Below, piece by piece: positions 1 through 13,169 of a stretch of DNA of 64,000 bases. A program made the translations under genes and the position numbers. Numbering within the stretch: position 1 is the first letter of the stretch; each line of letters starts with the position of its first letter. The stretch lies in NCBI GenBank assembly GCA_053919585.1, contig CM132799.1; one strand, given 5' to 3'. Origin of the DNA: Euprymna scolopes. Its lineage: Eukaryota. The notes under the pieces were generated by a model. The model ran no database searches, was not told where the DNA came from, and worked only from the letters and a program-made list of their open reading frames with translations.

Positions 1-298
1 AGCGTACTTTATGACCGGGCTATGCCAAGCGTCCCTTGCTAGCTTAGATAAATACTCTGGCAGTTTTAACAAAAGAGCTACAGTAATATCAGAACGTTTC
101 CATTTACACGTAATATCTACAGAATGCCAACATCAATATATTACATATGAATGAGTCCTCTGTGGAATTTCCACAGGTCCTGCTTATTATTATACATTCT
201 TTACCAAACAAGTCGTCTCGTAGATTCTTGCATCTCTTTGTTATTTACTTTACTTTTTCTTCACCCATTCTATTTCTTCATACTTTTTTTTTTCATGC

Positions 299-742
299 AG
301 AAGAGATGTTGCGAGTTTGTCTCTGATGTATTGTTATTTTCATGGCAAGTGCTCGACTGAGCTCCAATCTAGGGTCCCCCCTCACCAAACTTTCACAAGA
401 AACACCCGTCTAGCAGAAAACACTATCACTAATTTCCCCCACTCTTTATCTGTGCCTAAACCTAAACGTAGATTCCATGAACAAAGCTTCTTTCTTAGAA
501 CTGCACGCCTATGGAATTGTCTTCCGTTTTCCTGCTTTCCAGCTGACTACAATATGGTTGTCTTCAAGTCTAACGTAAACAATTTTTTGATGAGCCGTTC
601 CATATAAGTTAACAAATTTACCGAATTTCCATTACTAACGATTACTATATTGTCCAATTGTCTACTGTACACTCTTTAACCCTTATCCTCGAGTGCTCTC
701 TTGGCCTTGATAAGTGGGGATGCCTGTGTAAAAAAAAAAAAA
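299..742 (+). mobile_element. CR1/L2-like LINE family A, 5'-truncated 3' end with poly(A)
   Basis: ORF 317-607 encodes an ORF2 C-terminus (YFHGKCS...SFFLRTARLWNCLP...FKSNVN). The 3' UTR has a cttatc...gataag stem and an A tail at 730-742. Nearly identical to 47200-47642. Confidence 0.85.
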
Positions 743-864
743 TGTGTCTTTGTATTTATCAATCAAATTTCAAAAGACAGAATATCATGAGTTTGATTTG
801 ATTCTTGTGTCTTTATTTTCTTCCTATAAATATGTAATTTATGTGTGTGATTCTCTCCTTTCAG

Positions 865-952
865 GTATGAACTCCGGGTACGCTACATGCCAGATTCTTA
901 CACTTCACTCCAATCAAAGGATAAAGTTACATTCTACTACCTCTATGATCAG
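865..952 (+). CDS. PTK2: Focal adhesion kinase FERM-domain internal exon (88 nt): xYELRVRYMPDSYTSLQSKDKVTFYYLYDQ
   Basis: Acceptor ttctctcctttcAG (AG 863-864) and donor GTaagc at 953. Peptide matches the recalled FAK segment YELRIRYLPKGF...DKPTLNFFYQQ. Ends in phase 0 and joins the next exon in frame. Confidence 0.92.
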
Positions 953-1306
953 GTAAGCAATTTTTGATTTTATCCACTATGTAAAGTAAAGTTAGTCTCT
1001 TTATTGTTTCTTTGTCATCAATAGCTTTCTTCCTACAAAGTCAATATTTGATTTTTGGTCATCAGTTTTTCTTGTGAATCGTTGCAGCATGTTATTAAGA
1101 ATAAAATATCTGATTTAATTCCCTCTAGAAAATACTTTATACAGGTTGGAATTATTTTTATAAGATGAGGATAACAGTCCTCAAATAAATAAGTAAATAC
1201 AGAGTTACTTCCCTTTGATTTCAACAAAAAAATATTTTGCAGAAAATAAAAACAAATAAAAACCAAATAAATAGATTACCAGGAAATGTTGGATAGGGAC
1301 AAGTCG

Positions 1307-1886
1307 TCTATTATCTGAATCTGTCTGTTTAAATGTATGTGTGTTTGCATGTCTGCCTAAAACTTTTGACAGAGGCAACAGACTTTCACGAGATCGGTAT
1401 CGTTTTGGAGCTCGACCCTTCAGACGACAAATATAAAAAAATTGGCTAAAAGCATTAGTTCTTTCATCCTCAACTGGGCACTTTTCTACAAGGAGGAGTC
1501 GATTTTTTTCGCTGACATTTTTGCAAGTTATTCAAGCCTTGCATCAGCAACGTCGCATAAAAGACGTTATTTCGACTGCCTGTGACGTCACAATCACAGT
1601 GGGTGCATTGATAAAACCATTTTTTTTTTTTTTTTTTACCTCCTTTTCCTCTGGCGCATTACACAGGTTCGAGCTGCTTACTACTCTTAGTTTTTTTGTT
1701 TTGTTTTTTTGCACTCACAATTTTTCCTTTTTTATTTTATTTTGGCTCAACCAACACCCTTACACACGCCTCCACTCTCTTTTCTGCCTTCATATCACGG
1801 GTTCAAGCCTGCCTGCCTACTACAACTTTTTTTTTTGTTTAACACACACCTACAAACATCTGGCCAATGCTGGGTACCCAGGCTAG
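1307..1886 (+). mobile_element. Non-autonomous Helitron-like element
   Basis: TC start followed by tgtc/tgta-rich sequence. The 3' end ctggccaatgctgggtacccaggCTAG|T resembles the other hairpin+CTAG ends in the window. Confidence 0.5.
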
Positions 1887-2751
1887 TTTGTAAATAATGG
1901 GTAAAACAGATATAGCCAAATGAATATTGACACGAGTTATGAAATTGGTAAATCAAGCTCAAATCCAGTTAAATCTTTTATATTTATGCATTAATACTGT
2001 TGAGAGATGTATGAACCTTTCATAGATGGAAAACACTTTTTATCCAATGAATTGTTTGTACTAAGAATATAAGAGCTAGTGTAGTTTGTTTAAAGCATTA
2101 AAACCTCATGTGATGTATGGTATATGCACTTTTTGCATAGTACACAATCCCAGATCATGTGATGATGATGTGGTCAACCATTGATTAAAAGGCATGGCTC
2201 AGTAGCTTACTTCCTTTTTTCCCTTTTTCATTTAATTTCCAAAGCAATGTCATAGTCCACAACTTCTATTTTGCCTATGACTTGTGGTTAGTTATATCGT
2301 CACTACCAGATCACTTCTGTTCGAAGTGCTTTTGGGACGACATATGGTCAGTCGTTGCTACATCCATATCAGTTATGTTCGCCATGCCTCTCACATGCAT
2401 ATTCTTATATTTAACATTAAGCACACATTTAATTTATATCGTGACGCTCAAGGGTTGATAATAATTAAAATCACAAAGTAGCATTACGTGCAAATTTATT
2501 TTGAACCTTTATAATTCGGGGATGTAATACAGACTAGGGAAGAAGCAGTCTGAACCTGAGCAAGCTGGATCAGGTTTCGCACAGGTTTGAAAAGCCTTAG
2601 ATTTTGAGCTTTGTCTTGAAAAGGCCTTACTTCTATTATTACCTAAGAAAATATGAAAAATGTCTTGAAAATTGTATTCTTTATATTCAGTAAAAATTTG
2701 TTGCAGAATATTTAAAAAAAAAAAAAAAAAAAAAACAATCAAAAATAAATA

Positions 2752-2947
2752 TTAGGTTGGTGCAAAAAAATAATGTCGTTTTTTGACATCAAGTTGAACA
2801 TCAAAAAACGACATTAAAATATTTTTTTAAAAATAAAATTGAAATAACTACATTCTTCTGAAATTGTATTAGGTTAGTGCAAAAATAATGTCGTTTTTGG
2901 CGTCCAACTTCATGTCCCAAAAGGACATTATTTTTGCATCAACTTAA
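2752..2947. mobile_element. Mariner-type mini-MITEs (partial copy from 2752, plus a ~79-bp copy at 2869-2947)
   Basis: Termini TTAGGTT(G/A)GTGCAAAA ... TTTTGCATCAACTTAA, similar to Hsmar1/MADE1-type TIRs. TA precedes the left TIRs. Confidence 0.65.
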
Positions 2948-3689
2948 TGTCATCATTATTTCCAGTGTTGTTCATACAAGAGTTATGTCCCTTTATCACC
3001 AAACTACCTGATGTTACCCATATATTTTACAGATTTAGCTGAACTGAAAATCAAAATAAATACTGTTAAAGTATTTTTTAAATATTAATTAAAATATTAA
3101 ATTTTTGGTTCATTACGGCAGTTTTTATATATCAAATTTTGTTTTTAAAACTTGAATTTTGTCTAGAGAAAGCTTTGTAAAACTGTTGGAAAGTGCTTCG
3201 AAATGGACATTGAAAATTTGTATAAACCCTGATTTACGAGACTCTATTTGCAGAAGTACAGAAATAGTATGTTACAGAAAGTCTGTGTCTAATACTGTGG
3301 CGATGACTGCCACAACACTTGGTTATGAATCTATTCATAGTCTCTAGATCGCAAAAGAACTAAAAACTGGCAAGAGAAGAAGAGGTCATTCCCAGGTTCA
3401 AATGTTGTATGTAGACCAAATTAATGGTTGTGTAACTGTGTTGTTGTTGTCTAAATCATACTTATATTTTCTTGATTAATTAATGGACCATATAAATATG
3501 TATATATGATGTGTTTGTGGTATAATAGACTGTTGTCTTCACTAAATGTCTATCTTAACGCCCATTGACTTGTCTATTATTATAGATGAGTGCCTGCGTG
3601 TCCACGCACATACACATATACATATACACATGATGACATACCTGTTCTGCTGCTTGTCCCTTATGGGGGATTCTTCAATCATCTTGGAG

Positions 3690-3935
3690 AGCCGGACTTT
3701 TTTTAAGGAAGACATAGACCAAGACGTTGTAGGCTTTTATATATTTTATTCACTCCCAGGTATTCGTCACAGCAGAAGGGAGTGACCGATGGACTCTTAG
3801 CTTGTGGGATATTCTATGTCTCCATTCTGAGGGGAGATCCGTTTAGTCTATCCGTTTTTTTTGGGTTCTTGAACCCGACTCAACACTGTACTTGCGGAAA
3901 CCGGAACATGCGACACTTGATACACCATGTCCGTC
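3690..3935 (-). mobile_element. Degenerate tRNA-derived SINE-like element
   Basis: Minus strand reads gacggacaTGGTGTATCAAGTG...GGTTCAAGAACC (A-box and B-box-like), followed by a GC-richer body. Only one copy in the window. Confidence 0.35.
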
Positions 3936-4521
3936 TCCATTCAGATATTTTCCGGTGCAAACTGACCGGTCTCAGAGTTTAACATGTTTGACAACCTGTC
4001 AAAACATGACGATTCAAATCTTTGTTGTCAACTCATCGATAGATAGATAACTAATTAATGCTATACAGCTATTATCTAGCACAAAGACTATTGCGAAAGA
4101 AACATGAAAGAGGTCAGCATAAACCTTGGAACCTGCAAGATGATCTGTGAAGACAGCAGTTCTCCAGAAAGGCAAGAATAAGCTCTGCCAGTTGTGACAG
4201 AAGAAGCGAGCCCAATATAGGGAACGGAACAAAGATCAGACATAACCGATGGTTGCCAATGACGAATACATATAAATGTTGAAAGCAATCGAAACTGATT
4301 TTTTGTTTTTAACAACGCAAGCCAATATTTATCGTATGTGACAAATGTTCTAGATTTGATAAAGTATCTTGTAGTAAAAAAAAATAATTCTTGCATTCCA
4401 AAATAGTTGTACCAAAACAATTTTCGCGTTGTTCCAAAATAATTGTTCCAGTAGATAAAAAAAATCACCCAAAAGAACAAAAAAATATCATTTATTCCCA
4501 TACTCAACAGTAAATAAATAA

Positions 4522-5000
4522 ATGAGTTGGAACAAATACATTGAGGGCATTGCCAAGGCTGCTGCGAAGAAGGTGGGCTCTCTCTACCATACTAGAAAGT
4601 TACTTACACCTGAAAGTGTCCTGCACTTTTACAAGGCCATTATTCGCCCATGTATGGAGTATTGTTGTCACATTTGGGCTGGTTCATCTGCTACTAGTTT
4701 CTCACTCTTAGACAGCGTTCAAAAGAGTCACCAACCTAATAGATCCCACACTGTCAGCTAAGCTTTCAACCTCTGTCCCATTGACAAAATGTTGCATCTG
4801 TTTTACAAACATTTTAATGGTATGTGCTCCGATGAATTGCAAGCACTTGTACTCCCTCGACGTAAATACAACAAGCAGCAAAATCCAACCCCTACATAGT
4901 AAAGATCCCCAGATGTCAGAAAGCCTTCTACTCTTCTACTCTTTCTTCCCTAGAACTGCTAGATTTTGAGATTCGCTTCCAGGTTCCTGCTTCCCTGACT
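4522..5000 (+). mobile_element. CR1/L2-like LINE family B ORF2 3' fragment (frameshifted)
   Basis: SWNKYIEGIAKAAAKKVGSLY...IRPCMEYCCHIWAG; homologous to 44612-45436 and 26640-27189. Confidence 0.85.
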
Positions 5001-6030
5001 GAAGACACACGCACACGTAATGACAATTCATAATATATGAAAGGTTAGAAGTCCAAGTTTGATAACAGGAACGAACGGGAACGATACTCATTTCTCCATT
5101 TTGAAAGTCGGTCTCTTTTCCCTCCACTCACTACTTCCAGTCTTTGATCTCGTGAGAAATCTGAGAATCTAAAGTCTAAGACTACGGACAAGGGGAGGCA
5201 ACTTTACCCAAAGATGTAAAGAATTACTCCCCTTGCATTATACTTTTGTATCGTCCTAACAGAAACCAATGCCAACAATAGAATCTTCAAATTCATATGA
5301 TATGATGACTGATGCTAAAACGGCAAACAATTTGACTGAGAATTAATAGATTCCGTATGGGATTTCTGGCTATGGACAACTATTACTGTACAGAGGAAGT
5401 ATTACAAAGATCCCATAAAAAAGTAGGGAAATTTTATGTGCAAGAAAGAATTTCTCATTGCTTTTATTTAGCATCAAGATCTGAACAAGGTTTTTGTCTT
5501 TCCTGCAACAATAGAAATCTCCAAGTCTTTGTTCTTGTGGCTTTTACTTTTTTTTTTCCATCCAACTATCAGCGAACTTTTCTTCTGCAAAGTGTCAAAT
5601 CCAATCACTGATCTTATTTTAGAACCAACCAATTACTATTGACGCAATGACTTGTCTGCAGACAAGTGTAATTAGTAGCTTGGAACACAGAACCGCCACC
5701 TTCTCTAACTTTAACTTCTCCATAATCTGCAATTGGCTTCTTTTTTTTTTTTTTTATTGAACAATGGACATGAGTGTTTTTCTATGGAGGGGGGGGTATT
5801 ATTCGGTTTTGGGGTTTATTTTGTATCCAAATTTAAACAAGTTCCACTCCTCGGAAATTGTGTCAAATTCTTAATCATTTCCTCTTTTTTTATTGACTTC
5901 AGCAAAAGAACGGTTTTTTCTTTATTCTATTTTTATTTCATTGTTTCAAGTCTGTTTTGCTTTTTAATTCTATTTTGGAAATATTTCACATAGCTTACAA
6001 AACTTTAAAATGCTGTATAAAAAATGACTA

Positions 6031-6062
<32 letters not shown>

Positions 6063-6224
6063 GTAAGTTAGGAAAATATATATGGCAATTAAGCTACACA
6101 GAATATTCTGCATTTCTTTCTTGTGAGAATTTGTCAGGCTTATGCCTAACACATATGATATATAGATATAATTTATTTCTACATATATATATGTAACGGA
6201 CGGATATATATATATATATATATA

Positions 6225-6446
6225 CAGGGTGACCCAAAAAAAAACGGGCCCCAACTCTAATTAGGCCCAGTTTCTTAATGTTTTGTCCGAATGAAATGAA
6301 ACTTTGGTCATAACTATTTTATTATATTCAAAACATCACATCAAAGCACTAGGGTCTTTGGTCTGTTTTTCTCCGTTGACTGTAAAATGCCCAGAAAAAC
6401 AATTGAATGTCCTCTGTTTTTTTTTGGGGGGGGGGGGGTCACCCTG
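6225..6446. mobile_element. Tc1/mariner-type MITE
   Basis: TA|CAGGGTGACCC ... GGGTCACCCTG|TA; inserted in a (TA)n tract. Confidence 0.75.
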
Positions 6447-6639
6447 TATATATATATATATAATTTAATTATTTACATATGCATATATTTCATCATTATG
6501 AATTCATCAGTGTAGAGATAACTGTCGCGCAGATCAAAGCCGACAGGACAAGACTCACCTTTAATTCAATTTCAAACGACTTTACTACTGAGGATACCTT
6601 CAACAGTTAGAGATAAGTTGAGGAGTCAATCCTATTTGT

Positions 6640-7080
6640 GTGCTTAACATCCGGAGAAACTGTTTATACTAACTGGGAGACGGGGCAAAGGCGGTCCACT
6701 GGCACCTTAAAACCAGTCACTTTATACAGGTAGGGCTCATCAACTTTGGATGGTAGCTCACTTAAGAGAAGGCAACTCTGATTCAAAATTCCTTGCGAGA
6801 TTACCCCATCAGGGGAAAGGTTAAGGGAGTAAATTCCAATAGAAAATCCGAGAACAGAGTCCCTAAGGCAGCTTGACTTTATATTGTCATCACCGGCAAC
6901 TCCTGCCGCAAAGTTAGAGCCACACTGTATCGACTCTTTCTTTTTCTTGGATCCCCTGACTTTGTGGAACGGGGGATGCTGCTGCGCACATGACTGTTAT
7001 TCTTCCATATCATCCTACACGGGCTATGTAGCTCCACTGCTAAACTATCATCTCCCAGAAACGGACGGTTGCCAGTAACA
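6640..7080 (+). mobile_element. RTE-type LINE 5' UTR-like fragment
   Basis: GC-richer block with ggatggtagctcacttaagagaaggcaactctgattcaaa, resembling recalled RTE-clade 5' UTR motifs. No ORF support. Confidence 0.35.
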
Positions 7081-7942
7081 AATATGTAATGTTTCTATCA
7101 TGTACTGAATAACTAATCACATGATTAGAAAGTTTGAAACACTGATGTAAGGCATAAGAGTGGGTAATGTAGGTTATATTTAGTTTAATTTGGTTTTTAT
7201 CCACAGGACAGGGGATTCAGATACCTCCGATTTTGATGAAATTTTAATCATAGATATTAGATGTAAATTCATAGATATTAGATGTAAATTCATAGATATT
7301 CCCAAAATTTCAGTTTCTTTAAAGGATTGTGAGAGAGCATGATATGATTAGAACCAATCCTTGAAAAATTGAAATATTTACGATTTGTATGGCATTTGAT
7401 CCATAGACATTAATTAAGCCAGATTCCCTTAATTTCAATCTTTAGATCTTTTCCGCCTAAGAAGAGCTGATAATGCAAATAAAGGGAAAAATGATATGGG
7501 GAATATTGAGAGGAATGGAATGATGTAAAAGATGAAGAGATACAGAAAAGTGATTGATTTTATTTTATGACGTCACAAGAGAGTTTTATATTTGGAAATT
7601 CTAAAAGTTTTCCATAAATATTTGGAAATTCCAAAGCAAATGGCAAGTCAGAAAACTCTTTCGCCATTGGAATGGATTTGAAAAGAATCCTTCACTCTAT
7701 TTCCATAATGACTTTTTTTTTTTTTTCTTTTTTAAACTATAAACTTTCCAGTTTGAGACGTTTTCTTTTTAATCTATTTTTAGACTTTTCAATTTGAAAC
7801 ATTTTTTTTTATATATGAATGCAAATATAAGTGTGAACACAAGCAAATTCTTATGTAGACTAGTATTTCATTGTATATTAATTTTTCATTGTATGTTAAA
7901 TACCGACTCAACGGGTCACCGGAGATCTAATCTATGTAATTA

Positions 7943-8022
7943 TTAGGTTGGTGCAAAAAAAATGTCGGTTTTTGACATTCAACTAGATATATAAAAACGA
8001 AATTATTTTTGCACCAATCCAA
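7943..8022. mobile_element. 80-bp mariner (MADE1-like) MITE
   Basis: TA|TTAGGTTGGTGCAAAAA ... TTTTTGCACCAATCCAA|TA; same family as 2869-2947. Confidence 0.75.
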
Positions 8023-8077
8023 TATAAAACTCTTTTACAAAAGGAATGACAGGTTAATTTAATATATATATATATAT

Positions 8078-8128
<51 letters not shown>

Positions 8129-8177
8129 GGTGGACAATTGTTTGTTTAAATAGACATTTGGCGAAATTATGGGCGCC

Positions 8178-8238
8178 GCTCCCATGGGCCGATCGGTAGA
8201 ACTGCGATGGTTCTAGGTTCAATCCTCGGCTTGGGAGA
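8178..8238 (+). promoter_or_regulatory. tRNA-like Pol III head (A box and B box) of a hammerhead-bearing SINE-like element
   Basis: Acceptor-like stem ctccca (8179-8184)/tgggag (8232-8237), A-box-like TGGGCCGATCGG, B-box-like GGTTCAATCC. The anticodon arm is missing, so this is not a tRNA gene. Confidence 0.6.
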
Positions 8239-8243
8239 GGTGC

Positions 8244-8302
8244 TAGTCTAGCGGCACTGATGAGTTGTGATACAACGAAACAGGACTGTATGTCGATAAC
8301 TA
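8244..8302 (+). ncRNA. Type I hammerhead ribozyme
   Basis: Stem I cggca/tgtcg, extended by ta/ta and tagt/acta. Core CTGATGA (8257-8263), stem II gttgt/acaac, GAAA (8277-8280), stem III aca/tgt with a ggac loop, cleavage triplet GTA (cut after 8290). All conserved core positions are present. Confidence 0.85.
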
Positions 8303-8390
8303 CAAATATGTGTGTGCATATGGGCGTGGTTAAGAGATGAGGGTGGAGAGTTGTATGTTTTGGTTCTGATTCTTGCTAATGACACCCAAG

Positions 8391-8452
<62 letters not shown>

Positions 8453-8461
8453 TAGTTTCAT

Positions 8462-8760
8462 ATACGGTATAATCGCGTTTACGCACAGGTTCTCGTCAGA
8501 TCATCGAAGGTAAGCAATGTTAAGCCTGGTTAGTACCAGATGGGTGGCCATTTTGGGAATTCTAGATGCTGTATGTGCTCTCTGCTTATCTTGGAATTTG
8601 TTTCCAGTCGTCCTGTACAGGCACTTCACTTGCCACTGGTATTTAACAATGTTGACTCAGGAGAGGTGTGGTTGGAGATTGCGCACCTCCTGCCAAAAGA
8701 ATTTCACACGCAGGGACCCCTTCGTGGGTATCCATAGTCTGTCAAAGACTGAAGGAGCCT
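8462..8760 (+). mobile_element. 5S rRNA-derived SINE (SINE3-type), body type 1
   Basis: 8462-8575 aligns by eye to 5S rRNA (TACGG..TAAGC..GCCTGGTTAGTAC..GATGGG..TGCTGTA). It has no oligo-T terminator and continues into a body shared with 29299-29545. Confidence 0.8.
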
Positions 8761-9529
8761 GTTTGTATATTTTAGTTTTGATCTTGCTACTATATGTTAG
8801 GTTCAATATAATAATCGATTGAGAATTGTCTTTATAATAATAAATATATAATCTGCATGGATTATAAATATCATATTTAAGCGTATCTTATGATTCGGTA
8901 ATGCTGGGCAGCCTGGTAATATTATTTTATAAAATTGAGTATCAATTCTTAAAAAAAAAAACAAAAAAAAACAATGGAAAACTCTGCAAATATGTTTTGT
9001 TGTTTTATCACGTGTATAAGCATTCGCTTTTGTTTTAGGTGAAGAAAATATTTCACGATGAATAACAAATCACTGCTGGGTTTGAGATAAATATTTCTTT
9101 GTTGTATATATATATATAGATGGAAATCCGAGGCCCTTGTGGTACGGATATTTTTAGGGACGGAAACAAAGAAATGAATACAATGTATGCCGATATTTTT
9201 TATGACCTTGTTTTCATGACAAACCCAATGATATCGAAAGGATATCATATAAGCAAGATCTTACGCATTTATAGTGTTTCGTCCAAAACACTCAGCATTT
9301 TTTATCCTATTTTTTAATACACCCTCCCTCAGTAAAAAAAAAAAAGGTTCTTTGTTATAATAATACAATAGTTGAAAAACAGTTTTCATGAAAAAACTGA
9401 TGACTATTTTTATGTTCATTTCAACTAAAAGCAATGTTATTGTTGTGTTGTGGCACAATAGTAAAAAGAAGAAAATCAAGTCGAGGTTGGTTTAAGGAAC
9501 AAGTGTATTTAACATCACACGTACAAAGG

Positions 9530-10182
9530 TGCGCAAGCCTTTTCTAGTCTCAGACAAAAACACGCTTTCACATCTCAAGCCATATTTCTTGTCATATACA
9601 TACGCGCACACAAACATATGCGTGCACGTCCACACACATACATATATTCACGTTCGTGCATATACACTCACATTCACGTATACACACACACACGCTAACA
9701 TACACACATGTATGCACACATGGGCAACGTCACTTCCTCTTTGAAGGAAATCCACACATGCATAAAAGACCACCGGAAACAACTATAAAAGCAAGAGCAA
9801 TAAGAAGCTTCTTTTTTTTTTTTTTTTTTTTTTTTTTTGGACCAGCTTCCGAGGTCAGTGGTCTACGGACCAGCCACCGCCGTTTCGGCAGGCGCGCCTC
9901 ATGCCACTTGCTACCATGTGGGGGGGGGGGAAGCTAACAAACAGTACGTACACTTTATATGCTTTCTCTCTCCATGAACTGGATTGACATTCTCACTCTC
10001 TCGCTTTCTCTTTCTACACGCCGGACATGAACACGTGTTATACCTAAAACATTCATTCTTCAACAGTAAATAAACGACACGTTTATCTTATCCAGCAATT
10101 GAGTTTTTGTTTCCTTCATTCCATTCGTTTCATTATTTTCTTTTGTCATGAGATTAGGATTTATATATTCTAGTCCTCTACA
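9530..10182 (+). mobile_element. Probable solo LTR
   Basis: TG...CA termini, 4-bp flanking duplication AAGG (9526-9529 and 10183-10186), internal TATAAAA near 9785 and AATAAA near 10068. Confidence 0.5.
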
Positions 10183-11660
10183 AAGGTAGGGAATAGGTAT
10201 AACTGGCTTGCACGCAGTGGTAGTACTGTGGCTTCTTCACTCGGTGTAGGTATTACTGGCAATATATATAGTGAGAACCGGTGTAATTTCCCTTGTGTTA
10301 GAAAGGCCGGTGTAACAATTATCTATTTAATTGTCATATCAAAATTAGAGAAAATATTCCCGTATCATTGCATAAAATCATGTATTTCCATTATTTTTGA
10401 AAAAGGGCATATTGTCTTGGACAGTGAACATAAACACAAGAATTAATTCGAATTACCAAAGTATAATAAAATATTTAAAGGAAAATTTTTGCAGGAAAAT
10501 ATTCTGCATTAATGCTATATTAAAAAAAAAAGATGGACATATTAAAGATTCTACCATTTTCATATTTTTTACTACCCCCCCCCCCCATATAGAATTCTTT
10601 TTTTAGGCGATTACCCGTTAGAGAAAAACAAACAATTATTTCAAAATTTAGAGTGGGGCATTAGTTTTATGTATAAAACTAAATTTTTAAAAAGACTAAT
10701 ATGATTCTTCAAGGCTAATCTGCTTCAAAACAAAAAAAGGGAGAATCTGGTAACTGAAGTAACTCATAATTTAGAAATTTATTTTCATTAATAATTAATT
10801 TTCTACCTCATCGTTTTTCATAATGTTTGGATATGTTAGGAATTTCGACATGATTAATTAGATACACAATGATTTTAATTGAAATTCAATATTTGGATCT
10901 TTGGATTTCAATGTTTTTCAATACAAAATATGCAGAGAGAGAGTATTCAGTAGGCATTTGGAAAGATAACACAATTATGTTTTGCGTCGCAAATGGAGTT
11001 TTATATCATAAATAAACATCCTGTTTGGAATGTACTGGATAAACCAAACTTTATTTAGAATAAAATTGACTGCTCATGTTAGAGAGTTGAACAAACAAAG
11101 AAATAGTTTATATATATATATATTATTATATATATATATATATAGAGAGAGAGAGAAAGAGACGAGTTTGGGTTAGTTCGAATCTGATGGCTAGAAGAAT
11201 AGAGTTTAAGTCAAAGAGTTGGACCGTTTTTGAACGCCCGGGTAAGCTATCAGGCAAGGTATAGAGAAATGTAGACCATAATAATTGAAAATAGATCCAA
11301 ATCGAATACAAGGTTCATATATATATAAAAACTACAATTCGTGTCTGAGTGTTTTCTTTCAGAGAAAAAAATTAATTTGCAACATTCACAGAACCAAAAA
11401 AAAAAAAAGGTGGGGGGAGAACAAGGTATGTGTCCATTTTACTGGTGTCTAAACAGACCAGGTATTTCGTCTGTAAAGGTATTAGATGTAAATTAATAAA
11501 TATTTCTAAAATTTCAGTTTGTTTAGGAGTCATTTTTGAAGGATTGTTGGAATGCATAATATGGACACAATCAATATGTTTTTCTTTATTCATTCCGTTT
11601 CTTTGTACTTAAAAATTAGTCGTAATTCGTAATTAACTGAACGAGTCACATGTCTTTCAC

Positions 11661-12385
11661 TAGGTGTGCCAGAAACTTTGTGAAAAATATTGAATAATTC
11701 GACCCCCCCCCGTGTTTCCAAGCTTATAACTACTCGAAAAATGTAATTTAAACCCTAATTTTTTTTTTCAAGTAAAGGAGCAAGATTTCATTAAAAAAAA
11801 AACAACAAAAAAAAACAATGTGGTTAAAAAAAAAAAAGGTTTTAAACTTCGGACTTTACAGGTAAATTTCTAAAAAAAAAATATTACTCTTTTTTGTTTG
11901 AAATTTGAATATATTATTTGATGATCTTTTATATTCAATTTGTGATATATAAAACTTTGGTGAGTAAATTAATTATTTACTTCTTAATAGACATTTCAAA
12001 ATGAGGAGACGTGAATTAAAAAAAAAAGATAACGTTCGTCTAAAATATTATATTTGGTTTATTGGAAAGATCATAAAATTTCACATTGACCCTGAAAATA
12101 TCGTAAAAATTGAATCAATAGAAAAATTTTGATAGATTTTTAAAGTTTAAAAATTGTAAAATACTGAACTGGTAAAATTCAATTAATTTCATTACTTTTT
12201 TTTAAAAAAATAAAAAAAATAATATTTCTATTACTTTTTATACAACTTTAGTTTATTTTGGAAGTATAATCCACAAAGAAAATAAACAACTCACTTTTAA
12301 AAGAGAAATTACGAGTGTTTTATATTTTATTCACAGTTTCGTGTTAGGGGTGTCAAAAATTCCTACAAAAACTCTGATACACCTA
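11661..12385. mobile_element. TIR MITE with 9-bp TSD (MULE-like)
   Basis: Imperfect ~45-bp TIRs taggtgtgccagaaactttgt.../...acaaaaactctgatacaccta. Exact TSD GTCTTTCAC at 11652-11660 and 12386-12394. Confidence 0.75.
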
Positions 12386-12892
12386 GTCTTTCACGTACCC
12401 TTCTTTTCTCTTATCCTTTCTCGCTCTGTGTTAAAGCAACCTCACTCTAATAGTTTTTAATGTCTCTGTGAGCATTTAGAAAAAAGAGTATGGGAACTGA
12501 GTTCCTCATGCAAGCAAACACAGGAACACAATATGGTGACTTAAAAGTAATCATAATTATCGCCCTTTAATTCTGGCAATGCCATTCTAAGCCACAAGGT
12601 GGTGATACATCTCACTTCTGTATCCGGTTCGTATTCCTTTTTCTCTTTCTTTCTTGGACCTGGAATCAAAACTGCGCTCCTGTTTTGAACTTCCACAAAA
12701 GACTCTTGAGACATTAACGCAAGTCATGTTCACTTATGCATCTTCGGCATTGAAATGTTTAACGTTACACTTGTATCCACCCTGTGAATGTAAATCGGTT
12801 GTAAATATAATTTCGGCGAATTTCGTGTACTTATTTTTTGGCTAAGGAAACCATGCGACCATTTCTTTATTCCTCTACTTAACAACCGCGGG

Positions 12893-13169
12893 CGGTCCTG
12901 AATATGACCTTAAACTATATCCGATGGTGAGGCCCCAGCTTGCGGGCTCTGGGGAGTGTGGAGCCACCCTTTAATTGCCATTGCTCCCAGGTCCACTCTG
13001 ACCCGGAGTGGTAGTACCTGTTAGGGTCCCAATTATGGGTTAAATAGAAACTGATTTGGAAAAAACAAATATATTCTGTTAAAAAAATTTTCTTCAAAAT
13101 CACCGGATTCAGCATTAAATAACCTGAAAAGGGTTTATATGCCATAAAACAACCAACCAACCAACAACA
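12893..13169 (+). mobile_element. SINE-like repeat with (CAAC)n tail
   Basis: Near-identical to 36388-36659. Its 3' ~55 bp match the tail of the LINE at 44301-44355. Confidence 0.8.

Noticed and set aside
4014-4330. Possible restriction-like endonuclease remnant of a non-LTR element (KVYADL...IVFVLDNSCIA...ELT)
   Set aside because: Too degraded to support without a profile search.
8462-8575. Functional 5S rRNA genes (also near 25770, 29299 and 46195)
   Set aside because: Diverged from each other and from the 5S consensus, dispersed, lacking an oligo-T terminator and fused to SINE bodies.
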